A stretch of DNA of 64,000 nt, from NCBI GenBank assembly GCA_004557545.1, contig SFGV01000004.1:3166-67165 (forward strand). The letters are read 5' to 3'. The DNA is from Succinatimonas hippei (lineage in GTDB: Bacteria; Pseudomonadota; Gammaproteobacteria; Enterobacterales; Succinivibrionaceae). Positions within the stretch are counted from its first letter, which is position 1; each line of letters starts with the position of its first letter. Positions 55,199 through 64,000 of the stretch are shown here, piece by piece. The position numbers and the translations under genes were made by a program. Below the pieces are notes generated by a model. The model was given only the letters and a program-made list of their open reading frames with translations. It was not told the origin of the DNA and ran no database searches.

Positions 55199-56467
55199 TC
55201 AGTGACCGTTCATCTTCATGAACTCTTCAAAAGCCTTAAGCGAGGCCTCAAAATTCTCCCGCCCGTTCTCATCCATAGCCTTGCGCTCACTCTCAAAGGC
55301 CTCGGCCATACGGCAAAGCACCCCGCGCGCCCTCATGATCGCCGCGAAGTCAGCCTCATTGTGATCAGGGCGTAGCAATATATTTTTATAGTTTACGCAT
55401 ATGCTGACGGCGCTCTTAAGATATCTTGAAAGAAACGCAACCGCGTTCTCGTTATCATCCCCTGAGCGTAAGGCTCTGAGTACGAGCGATGTTTCAAGGA
55501 CGATTTTATCCACACTCGCGCGCGCCGGCTCATCAAGCAGCTCCGACTCACGCACCAGCTCCGCTGAAAGAGCGTCGAGATCAGAGTATTTGTCTTTTTT
55601 CTCTGGATCATCCCCCGCGTGATCCTTATCAGAGGCTGACTTTAAAGACTGTTGTACCGCCAGTGTTTGACCCATTATCAGAGCTTTGAGTTGGTCCGAG
55701 GCTATCTTATATTCAAGCTCGTTCTTAAATGTCCCGTGGGCGCCGTTAACCCCGTCTGAGATCATTTCAAGGGCGTTATACAGATGAGGCATCACGTCAA
55801 GCGGCGCTTTTGTGGTCTCATAAGCGCGCGTATAGCCGGTATAGTCAGAAATCGAACGGTTGAACCCCGTAAGAGCGTGTCTGACCTCAGAGGGGATCCT
55901 GGGATCTTCCTCAAACGAGCGCATCCTATCGCGCAGGGCATCAAACTTCTTACGCACAAGACCGCGCTCATATAACCTGATGACGCACCAGAGTACCGCC
56001 GCTCCCAAAACCAGTATGACAACAAAAGAGATCCATGCTTTGGACGCTACCAGTTCCTCCGCGAGCGTGGTTCCGGAGATAACAAAACCCAGCGCTATCC
56101 CAACAAGACCGCTCCACTCCCACGCGTGATTTTTGCGATAAAAAAGCCTTCTTAGCGTAAAGCAGACAATGCCGCCCGTAAATACCGATACAGGAGCGAT
56201 AAGCCCTGACACCATAGCGCATACGCTCATGACAAGGCCTGAGATTACCGGCACAAGATAGAGCGGATGCTTATAACCTCCATGAGGGCGCGGGAATAAT
56301 AAAATAACCCCTAGATACCAGTAGATGAGCTCATGGAAAAAGCCTGTGCCCTTTGAAAGACAGTAGCTTAAAAGCGTCGCCGCCAGAAGTGACAGAGCAT
56401 GAAATAAAATGCGTTTTAAGACACCTGTTGCAGATTCTAGATGTCTTTGAAGATCAACGTTTGTCAT
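55199..56467 (-). CDS. XpaC-like (5-bromo-4-chloroindolyl phosphate hydrolysis family) membrane protein
   Basis: Multi-TM N-terminus; C-terminal FL.RYL..A..I..NY; overlaps the telA stop. Confidence 0.7.
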   Translation of the reverse strand: MTNVDLQRHLESATGVLKRILFHALSLLAATLLSYCLSKGTGFFHELIYWYLGVILLFPRPHGGYKHPLYLVPVISGLVMSVCAMVSGLIAPVSVFTGGIVCFTLRRLFYRKNHAWEWSGLVGIALGFVISGTTLAEELVASKAWISFVVILVLGAAVLWCVIRLYERGLVRKKFDALRDRMRSFEEDPRIPSEVRHALTGFNRSISDYTGYTRAYETTKAPLDVMPHLYNALEMISDGVNGAHGTFKNELEYKIASDQLKALIMGQTLAVQQSLKSASDKDHAGDDPEKKDKYSDLDALSAELVRESELLDEPARASVDKIVLETSLVLRALRSGDDNENAVAFLSRYLKSAVSICVNYKNILLRPDHNEADFAAIMRARGVLCRMAEAFESERKAMDENGRENFEASLKAFEEFMKMNGH

Positions 56468-57594
56468 TTCTCTTCGGGATTTCCGCCCTCTGCCCGTGTG
56501 ATCGCGTCCCTACGGCTTTTTACGGCCAAATCAGTGAGTCTGCTTTTAAGCTCGCTCTCCATTGATTTGATCTCCTCCTGCGCCCTGACACGTTTCTCGT
56601 GTCCCTCATTGGCTATTACAAGAGTCTCTTCAATCGCGCCTATGAGTTTACCCTGAACCTCACGCAGTGTCTCAACATCGACAAGCGGACGCTCGGCCTC
56701 GCGAGCGGTCGCAACGCTGGTATCGTGGAGCATCTCCGCGTTTTTCTTTAAAAGCGCGTTGGTAGTGTCAGACACATCCTGCTGGAGCTTTACCGCGTCA
56801 CGCTGCCCTCTTATTGAAAGAGCCAGCACCAGCTGATTTTTCCAAACCGGAATGGTGGTAAGAATAGAGGTCTGGATCTTCTCGGCGAGCACCCGGTCAT
56901 TGCTCTGGATAAGCCTGATCTGCGGCGCGGTTTGGATGGCGATGGTACGCGACAGAGCGAGATCATGAAGTCTGCGCTCAAAACGATTGAGACTCTCGGC
57001 AAAATCTCTTACATTCTGAGCGTCAAAGCTGTCACCGCTTGCCTTAGCCTTATCCTCAAGCGCTTTCAGATCATCTTTTCTGGCGCGCTCGAGCTCTCTG
57101 TTTCCCGCCTCAAGATAAGCACTCAGATCCTGATAAAAGCCCTGATTGTTATCATAAAGCTTCTCCAGGATCTCAATGTCCTGCAAAAGCGCGAGCTGGG
57201 CATCCTGCAGCTTTTCCTTTATTTTCTCGATCTCCTGGGAAACCGTGTTGAATTTTGAAAGCACTGCCGCGCTATGGTCAAAAAGCTTTCCTATAAGAGG
57301 GATTGAGGCAAGTCCTGAAGGCGCCTGTCCTATTGCACTGACGTTGACACCCCGCACTTTACCAAGGAGGTTTGAAAGTTCATCACCTATCTCCCCTGAG
57401 TCTTTAATTTTTACCTTGCTTAAGATGGTGTCGGCGAATTTCGCTATGGCGTCCATCGACTTGGCGCCATAGTTCAAAGTAAGCGAGGGATCCTTAAAGT
57501 TGATTTCAGATGCGGCCCGCCGGATTTTTTCTTCATTAACTAATCCGCTATTATTCTGAAGTATCGGCTCCCGGGCGTTTTTTTCGTCTGACAT
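56464..57594 (-). CDS. Toxic anion resistance protein (TelA/YaaN family)
   Basis: RRLHDL.LSR.IA.QTAPQIRLIQ, TTIPVWKNQ and TNALLKKNAEML motifs. Confidence 0.92.
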   Translation of the reverse strand: MSDEKNAREPILQNNSGLVNEEKIRRAASEINFKDPSLTLNYGAKSMDAIAKFADTILSKVKIKDSGEIGDELSNLLGKVRGVNVSAIGQAPSGLASIPLIGKLFDHSAAVLSKFNTVSQEIEKIKEKLQDAQLALLQDIEILEKLYDNNQGFYQDLSAYLEAGNRELERARKDDLKALEDKAKASGDSFDAQNVRDFAESLNRFERRLHDLALSRTIAIQTAPQIRLIQSNDRVLAEKIQTSILTTIPVWKNQLVLALSIRGQRDAVKLQQDVSDTTNALLKKNAEMLHDTSVATAREAERPLVDVETLREVQGKLIGAIEETLVIANEGHEKRVRAQEEIKSMESELKSRLTDLAVKSRRDAITRAEGGNPEEK

Positions 57595-57839
57595 ATTCAA
57601 TCTCCGGCAAACTTTCAGCTACATGATCTGTATTCTAAAACGTCTATTGACGATCTCTAATCGGCGCGAGCGCTTTTTATCAACAAGGTCTTTCAACTCC
57701 ATCTGGTAGCACAATCACCTTTTAAACGCACGCAGATATCTACATTTGGTCGCGTCTTCACCGCTGTTTTCACTATAAAGGGAAAAGCTGATCTGGCGCT
57801 GAGTTTTAAGCCTTAAGTTAAGCTGATAATTTTATTTTC

Positions 57840-58217
57840 TTACCTTCTGAAATCACAGCGCAGGCACATGTTCTCTGCACGCTCACTGTTTGTCCTTTGG
57901 TACATACCTGCCCATTTGCATATACTGATCAAAATTGGTCCTACCGACTTTCCTTTCTCTGTTAAAAAATACTCAACTCTCGGTGGGATTTCATTGTACT
58001 GCCGGCGTTCAACAATGCCATCGGCAATAAGCTCTTTGAGGGTTGAAGCCAGAACAGCGTCAGTAATATCTGTCATTTCTCTGCGGATCTCGCTGTATCT
58101 TAATACGCCTTTAACCCCCAGAACGCAGATCACGCGGGGTTTCCATTTGCCCCCGAAGATCTCAAAAGCGTGTTCAAGAGGGCAACGTATATCATCTTCT
58201 TTTTTTCCCTTTTTCAT
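57840..58217 (-). CDS. HxlR-family winged-helix transcriptional regulator
   Basis: CPLE...IFGGKWK, RYSEI and Y.EIPPRVEY.LT.KG motifs; ATG at 58217 abuts the IS end. Confidence 0.92.
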   Translation of the reverse strand: MKKGKKEDDIRCPLEHAFEIFGGKWKPRVICVLGVKGVLRYSEIRREMTDITDAVLASTLKELIADGIVERRQYNEIPPRVEYFLTEKGKSVGPILISICKWAGMYQRTNSERAENMCLRCDFRR

Positions 58218-58339
58218 CAATTTACGGCAAGGAGACCGCCGCCTCTTCAGGCAGCGGAGGACTTGCCGTCTCCTCTTAGCTGTGATTAATCTTCCGGCCG
58301 CTGTCCTTCTGTGACTTCGGCCTTACCTCGGTTAAATAA

Positions 58340-59125
58340 CTGCGGCTGTTGGCAATGCCATGCTCAATCCTGTTATGTTTAGTCAGATAGCCGTAAGTGA
58401 GCTTAGCTTAAGCTCCGGGTGGGTAGCTTTAAGCCGCTGCAGCAGCCTGGTGCGTACCACTCCCGTAAAGGCAGCTTCTTTGTAAGACTGTCCGCGCTTA
58501 GCTTTAAGCTCAATCTCCCCTCTGTGATAGGCCTGATGGGCGGTACGGCACGGGGGGATGAGATTGTTCGAGGCATCACCGCCGGTTCTTCGGCTTTCCA
58601 GGTGGTGCACACCTGGTACTCCTTGCCGGAGATGTCAGGGTTCTTGAGCTTCTGTACATCAAAGGCCGCTATCTCCACTACTATGTCAGTGACCGGCAAG
58701 ATCTTGCAGACAGCTTCAATGCAGTTCTGATGCGCCTGCCCCCGATTTTCTGCAGAGGGAGCTGGACAGCCCTTGTTCTTGCTGTGCACGCGGTTATCAA
58801 AGCGCGTTGCAAGATAGCGGGTTTTGCGGTGTATGCGGCCGCGGTGCAGTTCCCGGCGCTCTGAGAGCGTCTCCACCTCTGCGGCATAAAGTTCATGCTT
58901 CTTCCCAGAGGCACTAAGCCCAGGCTGCTTATACCTCTGGTCTACCCCTAAGGTAATCGGTTGCCTCGCCCCGCCGGGCTTACCGGTAAGCTCAATGGTA
59001 AAAGCCTCGCGCCATTTTCATTTTACCCGGGCTTTACCGGCTTGAAGCAGCTTGCGCGCTTTAGATGCCTTAGTCGGCATCAAAGGCTTGCCGAAGCGGT
59101 TTAGTACATAGACTGTTTTCTCCAT
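58340..59125 (-). pseudogene. iscB: IscB pseudogene (RRXRR/PLMP, RuvC, HNH remnants)
   Basis: VYVLN..GKPLMPT, TLGVD (RuvC-I), RKTRY..RFDNR, VEIAAFD (RuvC-II), VHHLESR.TGG..NNL (HNH); in-frame TGA at 59018-59020, deletions, frameshifts, no RuvC-III or C-terminus. Confidence 0.92.
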
Positions 59126-59415
59126 GCTTTTCTTCTATTAAGGACAGGACCAAAAGGCCTGTCTTTTCCTTACCGTTTACCCGGCAGGTTGTTACCCTTT
59201 GCCAATATTAGCAACGTTTTGATGTCTGCAGCACCGCCCCTACCCGCAGGGCTTTTAACCACAGACCACAGAGCGCCTAACTAGGGTAAACATTCGGCGG
59301 TGCCTGTATATTCGCGCAGCCAACGTAGTCCCTTGCCGGACTGAGGCTAGTCAACCCGGGCCTGCAGAGATTATCGCCCTGCAAGTCCTGACTTCTTCAA
59401 GTCTGTATCGTTGAC
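59126..59415 (-). ncRNA. omegaRNA scaffold (HEARO-like) upstream of iscB
   Basis: Minus strand GTCAAC..GTTGAC stem, then TAGCCTCAG..CTACGTT, GGCAC, CTAGT..GCTCTG, GGTTAAAAG..GGGTAGG..CGGTG and ATTGGCAAAGGG blocks typical of HEARO/omegaRNA. Confidence 0.85.
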
Positions 59416-59471
59416 ATCAAAGAGCTTCTTTCAAATTAACTCTTATAATTCTAGCTCATATTTATAATTAA

Positions 59472-59496
59472 AGTTACTTTAAAAAAGTTAGTAACT
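59472..59496. promoter_or_regulatory. Palindromic operator, probably of the displaced HxlR gene
   Basis: AGTTACT-N11-AGTAACT inverted repeat in AT-rich DNA beyond the IS end. Confidence 0.45.
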
Positions 59497-59633
59497 ATTG
59501 TATATATTGGCACCTGGATCATAAATTAAGTGTCAAAGACTTTTGCAAACACCAAAAAAAACCGGTCCTATTACAAAGAACCGGATTTATCTTACGGCAT
59601 GTCATAAAGACTTGCCTATTGCGAAGCTTATCG

Positions 59634-60920
59634 CTACTCGAGCGTTTGTAAAACGTACGCTTTAAGCTCGTCATAGTCAGGAGTCATCTCATACTTATGA
59701 CACTCTCTGCCGATTACCCGTTGCAGCGCCATAGGAAGCGGGATTCTGGTTCCCAGAATACGCTCCACATCAGAACGGAACTTGGCAGGATGAGCCGTGC
59801 CTAAGAAAATTCCGCTCTCGCCTTCTTTAAGATTAGCTTTGAGCACAGAAAGCGCAATCGCCGCGTGGGGCTCTGTTATATAGCCGGTTTTCGCAAAGAC
59901 CTCGCGCATTGAATCCTCTGTCTGCGCGTCAGTAAGCGAGCCAAACGCGAGATCCGAAAGCTTCCAGCCCTGCATCTTAAACAGCGCCTCGGTGCGCGGC
60001 CAGTTATTGGGTCTTGAGATATCCATGGCGTTTGAAAGAGTCTGCACCGTAGGACGAGGCTCCCATTTTCCTGTTGAAAGATAACGCGGCACCGTGTCAT
60101 TGACGTTGCAGGCTACGACAAAGCGGGATTCAAGACCGAGAGCTCTGGCGATCAGTCCCGCGGTGATATCGCCAAAATTGCCGCAGGGAACCGAGAAGAC
60201 TACATGATCACGTTTGTCAGAGGGCAGCTGGGCTACTGCCTCAAAATAATAGGTAACCTGCGCGAGGAGTCTGGCGATATTGATAGAATTTGCGGAGTTA
60301 AGACCAATCCTGGTTCTAAAATCCTCATCATCAAAAGCGCGTTTTACCAGATCCTGACACTGGTCAAAGTTTGATGAGACCTCGATGGCGTGGACATTGC
60401 CACCAAGGGTAGCTATAAGCTTTTCCTGAAGCGGGGTTATTTTGCCCTGAGGATACATAACCACCACATCTATTCCGTTCTGACCGTGGAACGCTCCGGC
60501 TACCGCCGCGCCAGTGTCGCCTGAGGTAGCGGTGAGAATCGTAAGATGGCGTCCGTTGCGCACCGCCTGAAGCACGCGGGCTAAAAACCTCGCGCCAAAA
60601 TCCTTAAAGGCCAGCGTGGGGCCGCGGAAAAGCTGCAGACACCAGCAGTTCTCCTCAGCCTTTACGAGGGGCGCCGGGAAGTTGAAAGCGTCGGCTACTA
60701 TATCATCAAGCTCAGGAAGCTCGTCATCACCTATAAGATGACGCAGGATCTTCTGCGAGCGCTCCACAAGAGGCAGAGACAAAAGCTCTTTTATCTGATC
60801 TTTTGAGAAAGGTTTTATCTCATCTGGAAAGAACAGCCCCTGATCATGACCGATGCCGCGAAGCACCGCCTGAGTAAAATTCACAGACTCATTGTGATCT
60901 TTGAGATTGTATAGCTTCAT
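59634..60920 (-). CDS. thrC: Threonine synthase
   Basis: GPTLAFKDFG, ATSGDTGAAVA, NSANSINI.R, PCGNFG and TAHPAKF motifs. Confidence 0.97.
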   Translation of the reverse strand: MKLYNLKDHNESVNFTQAVLRGIGHDQGLFFPDEIKPFSKDQIKELLSLPLVERSQKILRHLIGDDELPELDDIVADAFNFPAPLVKAEENCWCLQLFRGPTLAFKDFGARFLARVLQAVRNGRHLTILTATSGDTGAAVAGAFHGQNGIDVVVMYPQGKITPLQEKLIATLGGNVHAIEVSSNFDQCQDLVKRAFDDEDFRTRIGLNSANSINIARLLAQVTYYFEAVAQLPSDKRDHVVFSVPCGNFGDITAGLIARALGLESRFVVACNVNDTVPRYLSTGKWEPRPTVQTLSNAMDISRPNNWPRTEALFKMQGWKLSDLAFGSLTDAQTEDSMREVFAKTGYITEPHAAIALSVLKANLKEGESGIFLGTAHPAKFRSDVERILGTRIPLPMALQRVIGRECHKYEMTPDYDELKAYVLQTLE

Positions 60921-60925
60921 GAAAG

Positions 60926-61891
60926 TCAGTCCTCAATTCTCTGGGCGTAAGCGCCGCGATCATCAACGCGGCAGATATGGCAAAAACCATCAGCGTTGGC
61001 TATAAAGTTCCGCTCAAGCCATTTTTTGATTTCCTGAGCGCTTTCAAGATCCCGTGTGATCGAGAAGATTGAAGAACCTGAGCCTGAAATTCCGGTAGCG
61101 AGCGCCCCCGCGGATGACGCGAACTTACGGGCGTCAGCAAGTCCCGGAATAAGTTTCTCGCGGTATGGCTCGGCGATCACGTCGGTAAGACATGACGCCG
61201 CCAGTTTCTCATCATCGTTTTCACAGGCATAGACAAAAGAGGCGAGCCTGCGTCCGAAATCTATGACACTCTTGCGCGGATATTCCTGTGGCAGGATCTT
61301 GCGCGCCGCGTTGGTTGAAACCTTGATCCCGGGGAAGCATGAGACGAAATACCAGTCCTTGAACACCGGAAGCTTTCTTGAGATCACGCCGTTCTCACCC
61401 ACAATGAGCTGCAAACCACCAAGGTAACATGGAGCGGCGTTGTCATAATGTATGGAGCCTGAGATCTTGCCTTCAAGCTCTCCCATCATCACCAGAAGGT
61501 CGTGCTGTGAAAAGCGCGAGCCGTTTACAGTGTCCATGGCGACGATTGACGCCACGGCGGAGGACGCTGATGAGCCCAGGCCTGAGCAAATAGGCAGGTT
61601 CTTGCGAAGCGTCATCTTAACGCCGCAGGACTCAAACCCGGCCGTCTTAGCTCTCTCACAATAAAGCTTATAACCATCATAGATGATGTTCTGTCTGGGA
61701 TCCTTTGGAAGTATGTGAGCAAAACGCCCTTCCTGAGCGATTTCGCAAACTCCCGCTGGAGCCTTCTCAATGAAGATCTCATCTCCAAGCACCGCTCCGT
61801 CCACAGGAGCGAGCGCGGCTCCAAGAAGATCAAAGCCTACTGAAAGGTTGGCGGCCGACGCCGGAGCGTAGGCTCTGTATTTTTCAGTCAT
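60926..61891 (-). CDS. thrB: Homoserine kinase
   Basis: APAS.ANLSVGFD, PICSGLGSSASS, HYDN.AP and GISGSG motifs; ATG 61891 has GGAGG SD. Confidence 0.96.
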   Translation of the reverse strand: MTEKYRAYAPASAANLSVGFDLLGAALAPVDGAVLGDEIFIEKAPAGVCEIAQEGRFAHILPKDPRQNIIYDGYKLYCERAKTAGFESCGVKMTLRKNLPICSGLGSSASSAVASIVAMDTVNGSRFSQHDLLVMMGELEGKISGSIHYDNAAPCYLGGLQLIVGENGVISRKLPVFKDWYFVSCFPGIKVSTNAARKILPQEYPRKSVIDFGRRLASFVYACENDDEKLAASCLTDVIAEPYREKLIPGLADARKFASSAGALATGISGSGSSIFSITRDLESAQEIKKWLERNFIANADGFCHICRVDDRGAYAQRIED

Positions 61892-61904
61892 AAAACCTCC
61901 AAAA

Positions 61905-64000
61905 TCAGCCTTCGCGCGTCCAGTTCTGAAGTCTGAGAATATCCGAAAGCACACCTGCCGCGGTAACCGCGGTTCCGGCGCCATATCCGCTGACTACCAG
62001 CGGGATCGGCTGATAGTACGCGGTGGTAAACGCCAGAGCATTCTGTCCCCCGCGAACCTTGAAGAGCGGATCCTCAGGTCCTACCGCGCGTACGCCGCAG
62101 CTGCATTTGCCATCATGGATGGCGCCTACATAACGCAATACCTTGCCCTCTTCACGGGCCTTCTTGGTCATAGCGGTAAACTCAGCGTCAGCGCCCTTTA
62201 AAGACTCAAGAACCTCGGCCGCGTTGGCTCCGGCGAGGAAGCGGCTTTGCGCCACGCTCTGGGTCTGTACGTCCGAGAGCTCAAGCTTAAGTCCGCATTC
62301 ACGGGCGAGAATTAAAAGTTTTCTCGCCACATCGGTACCCTCAAGATCGTCTCTCGGGTTAGGCTCGGTAAATCCAGCCTCATAGGCTTTTCTGGTAGCC
62401 TCGGAGAGCGTGGCGCCATCCTCAACAAGCCCGAAGATATACGAAAGGGTTCCTGACATGATCCCGGAGAAATCGATAAGCGAGTCACCAGCGGCAAGCT
62501 CGTTTTGCAATGTTGAGATCACCGGCAGGCCTGCTCCGACATTGGCCTCATACAGGAACTTGCGGTGATAGTCACGGGCGGTTTTGCGAAGCTGCTTGTA
62601 ATACCCGTAAGAGCCGGTATTGGCCTTCTTTGACGGGGTGACCACATGAAGACCTGCCTTCATGAAATCACAATATGAAAGCGCGAGAGTCTCATCTGAG
62701 GTGCAGTCAACCAGAATAGGGTTTACCAGGTGGCTGTCGTGGGTAAGCTTTGTAACCTGATCGATGCTAAACGGGCAAAGGCTGTCATCCTTTAAGGCCT
62801 CACGGTAACCTGAAAGATCGATACCCGAGGCGTTTTGCAGGAAATGCCTTGAGTTGGCTATTCCGACAACCTTTATATCAATACCCTGCTCGTTCCTGAG
62901 CTTCTCAGACTGCTTCTCAATCTGGCAGATGAGCTCTGAGCCCACACCGCCTACTCCCAGGATCACCAGATCAAGCTCCTGCCTGGCGCTAAAGAATGCG
63001 GCATGGCAGACGGCTATGGCCTCCTCGGTCTTGTCCTGAGAGATCACGGCTGAAATTGAGCGCTCTGAGGATCCCTGGGCAATGGCGTTGATATTGATAT
63101 TGGCCTCGGCCAAAGCCCTGAAGAACCTTCCTGAGGTACCACAGCGGGTGCGCATACCGTCACCAACCACCGAAATAATGGCGCAGCCGTCGGTAACCTC
63201 AATAGGAGAGAGCAGACCTTCCTTAAGCTCAAGTCTGAACTCATCTGAGATCACGCGGCGGGCGCGCATCAGATCGCCTGTTGATATGCAGAAGGAAATA
63301 GAGAACTCCGATGAGGACTGAGTAATAAGGACAATGGAGATGCCCTCGCGCGACACGGCGGTAAACAGACGTCCGGCCATGCCCACCATGCCCTTCATTC
63401 CGGGGCCTGAAACGTTGATGAGGGAAATGTTCTTAAGATCCGAGATGCCTTTTATGGGTACGCTATTATCCGTATCCTCATCGATAAGCGTGCCTGGCGC
63501 CTTGGGGTTTTTGGTGTTTTTGATAAGGCAGGGGATGTGATAGCGGGCGATAGGAGCGATGGTGCGCGGATGCAGTACCTTGGCGCCAAAATAAGAAAGC
63601 TCCATGGCCTCTTCATATGACATATGCGATAAAAGCACGGCGTCTGGAACCACGCGCGGGTCACAGCTGTATACGCCGTCAACATCGGTCCAGATCTCAC
63701 AGCAGGAGGCGCGGGTTATCGCCGCGAGGCAGGCGGCCGAGTAATCAGAGCCATTGCGTCCCAAAAGCACGGTACGGCCTGAAACGTCGCCTCCGGCGAA
63801 CCCCGCCATCAGAATGATGCTGTCATCATCGGCAACCCCCTGAGCCTCATAGCGTTTCTTGGAGACATCTATATTCACCGATGACTCCAGAATTCCGCCT
63901 TCAGTCATAAGAACCGCGGAAGGGTCTATCACGCGCACCTTTTTGCCGCGGGCTTTTAAAAGCTCGGCCATGATGGCGATTGAAAAAGTCTCACCGCGGC
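61905..64000 (-). CDS. thrA: Bifunctional aspartokinase / homoserine dehydrogenase I (5' end outside the window)
   Basis: LGRNGSDYSAA, WTDVDGV, ACT domains, G.GGVG, YEANVGAGLP and EP.PRDDL.G.DVARK motifs. Confidence 0.96.
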   Translation of the reverse strand, partial: RGETFSIAIMAELLKARGKKVRVIDPSAVLMTEGGILESSVNIDVSKKRYEAQGVADDDSIILMAGFAGGDVSGRTVLLGRNGSDYSAACLAAITRASCCEIWTDVDGVYSCDPRVVPDAVLLSHMSYEEAMELSYFGAKVLHPRTIAPIARYHIPCLIKNTKNPKAPGTLIDEDTDNSVPIKGISDLKNISLINVSGPGMKGMVGMAGRLFTAVSREGISIVLITQSSSEFSISFCISTGDLMRARRVISDEFRLELKEGLLSPIEVTDGCAIISVVGDGMRTRCGTSGRFFRALAEANININAIAQGSSERSISAVISQDKTEEAIAVCHAAFFSARQELDLVILGVGGVGSELICQIEKQSEKLRNEQGIDIKVVGIANSRHFLQNASGIDLSGYREALKDDSLCPFSIDQVTKLTHDSHLVNPILVDCTSDETLALSYCDFMKAGLHVVTPSKKANTGSYGYYKQLRKTARDYHRKFLYEANVGAGLPVISTLQNELAAGDSLIDFSGIMSGTLSYIFGLVEDGATLSEATRKAYEAGFTEPNPRDDLEGTDVARKLLILARECGLKLELSDVQTQSVAQSRFLAGANAAEVLESLKGADAEFTAMTKKAREEGKVLRYVGAIHDGKCSCGVRAVGPEDPLFKVRGGQNALAFTTAYYQPIPLVVSGYGAGTAVTAAGVLSDILRLQNWTREG

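Larger units (their letters stand above)
58218..59415 (-). mobile_element. Non-autonomous IS200/IS605-superfamily IscB (OMEGA) element
   Basis: Subterminal hairpin 58225-58269; flanking TTCAT at 58213-58217; other end ...GTTGAC at 59415; contains omegaRNA and iscB remnant; no tnpA. Confidence 0.85.

Noticed and set aside
58383..58914. Three separate small genes in the ORF track
   Set aside because: They are frameshifted pieces or shadows of the single iscB pseudogene.
59416..59633. CRISPR array associated with the IscB locus
   Set aside because: No repeat-spacer periodicity here or anywhere else I could see in the window.

Overview
A 64 kb window of mostly core chromosome from a gammaproteobacterium. 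Gene content and protein style suggest Succinivibrionaceae/Aeromonadales (inference, no search run). Core blocks: aroC-prmB; cmk-rpsA-(maf insert)-ihfB-lapA-lapB-pyrF; ribA; ybaB-recR-htpG (sigma32 promoter); feoAB; fabB-rsuA; infA; icd; tRNA-Val(CAC); nudJ-mnmA-hflD-purB; gntK-edd with a LacI-type GntR and two operators; two MCPs; thrABC (thrA cut by the window edge). Accessory patches: AT-rich hns/ytfK region; ISL3 remnant plus ygiW-qseBC-like module plus an orphan ATPase between infA and icd; decayed foreign patch near 54-55 kb; telA-xpaC. Main observations: (1) a 1198-bp IS200/IS605-type IscB element (58218-59415) with an apparently intact omegaRNA and a ruined iscB, inserted exactly at the ATG of an HxlR-family regulator, so the start codon forms the predicted ATGAA TAM and the gene's leader forms the predicted guide; (2) an orphan ~115-nt sRNA candidate at 18.5 kb with a perfect CRP-type site, a promoter and a terminator; (3) a retropepsin / inactive transglutaminase-7TM / ATP-grasp operon of unknown product; (4) a solute-binding protein paired with a membrane diguanylate cyclase; (5) DtxR-type rather than Fur-type boxes before feoAB. 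All family calls rest on motif recognition by eye. No CRISPR array or prophage was seen.
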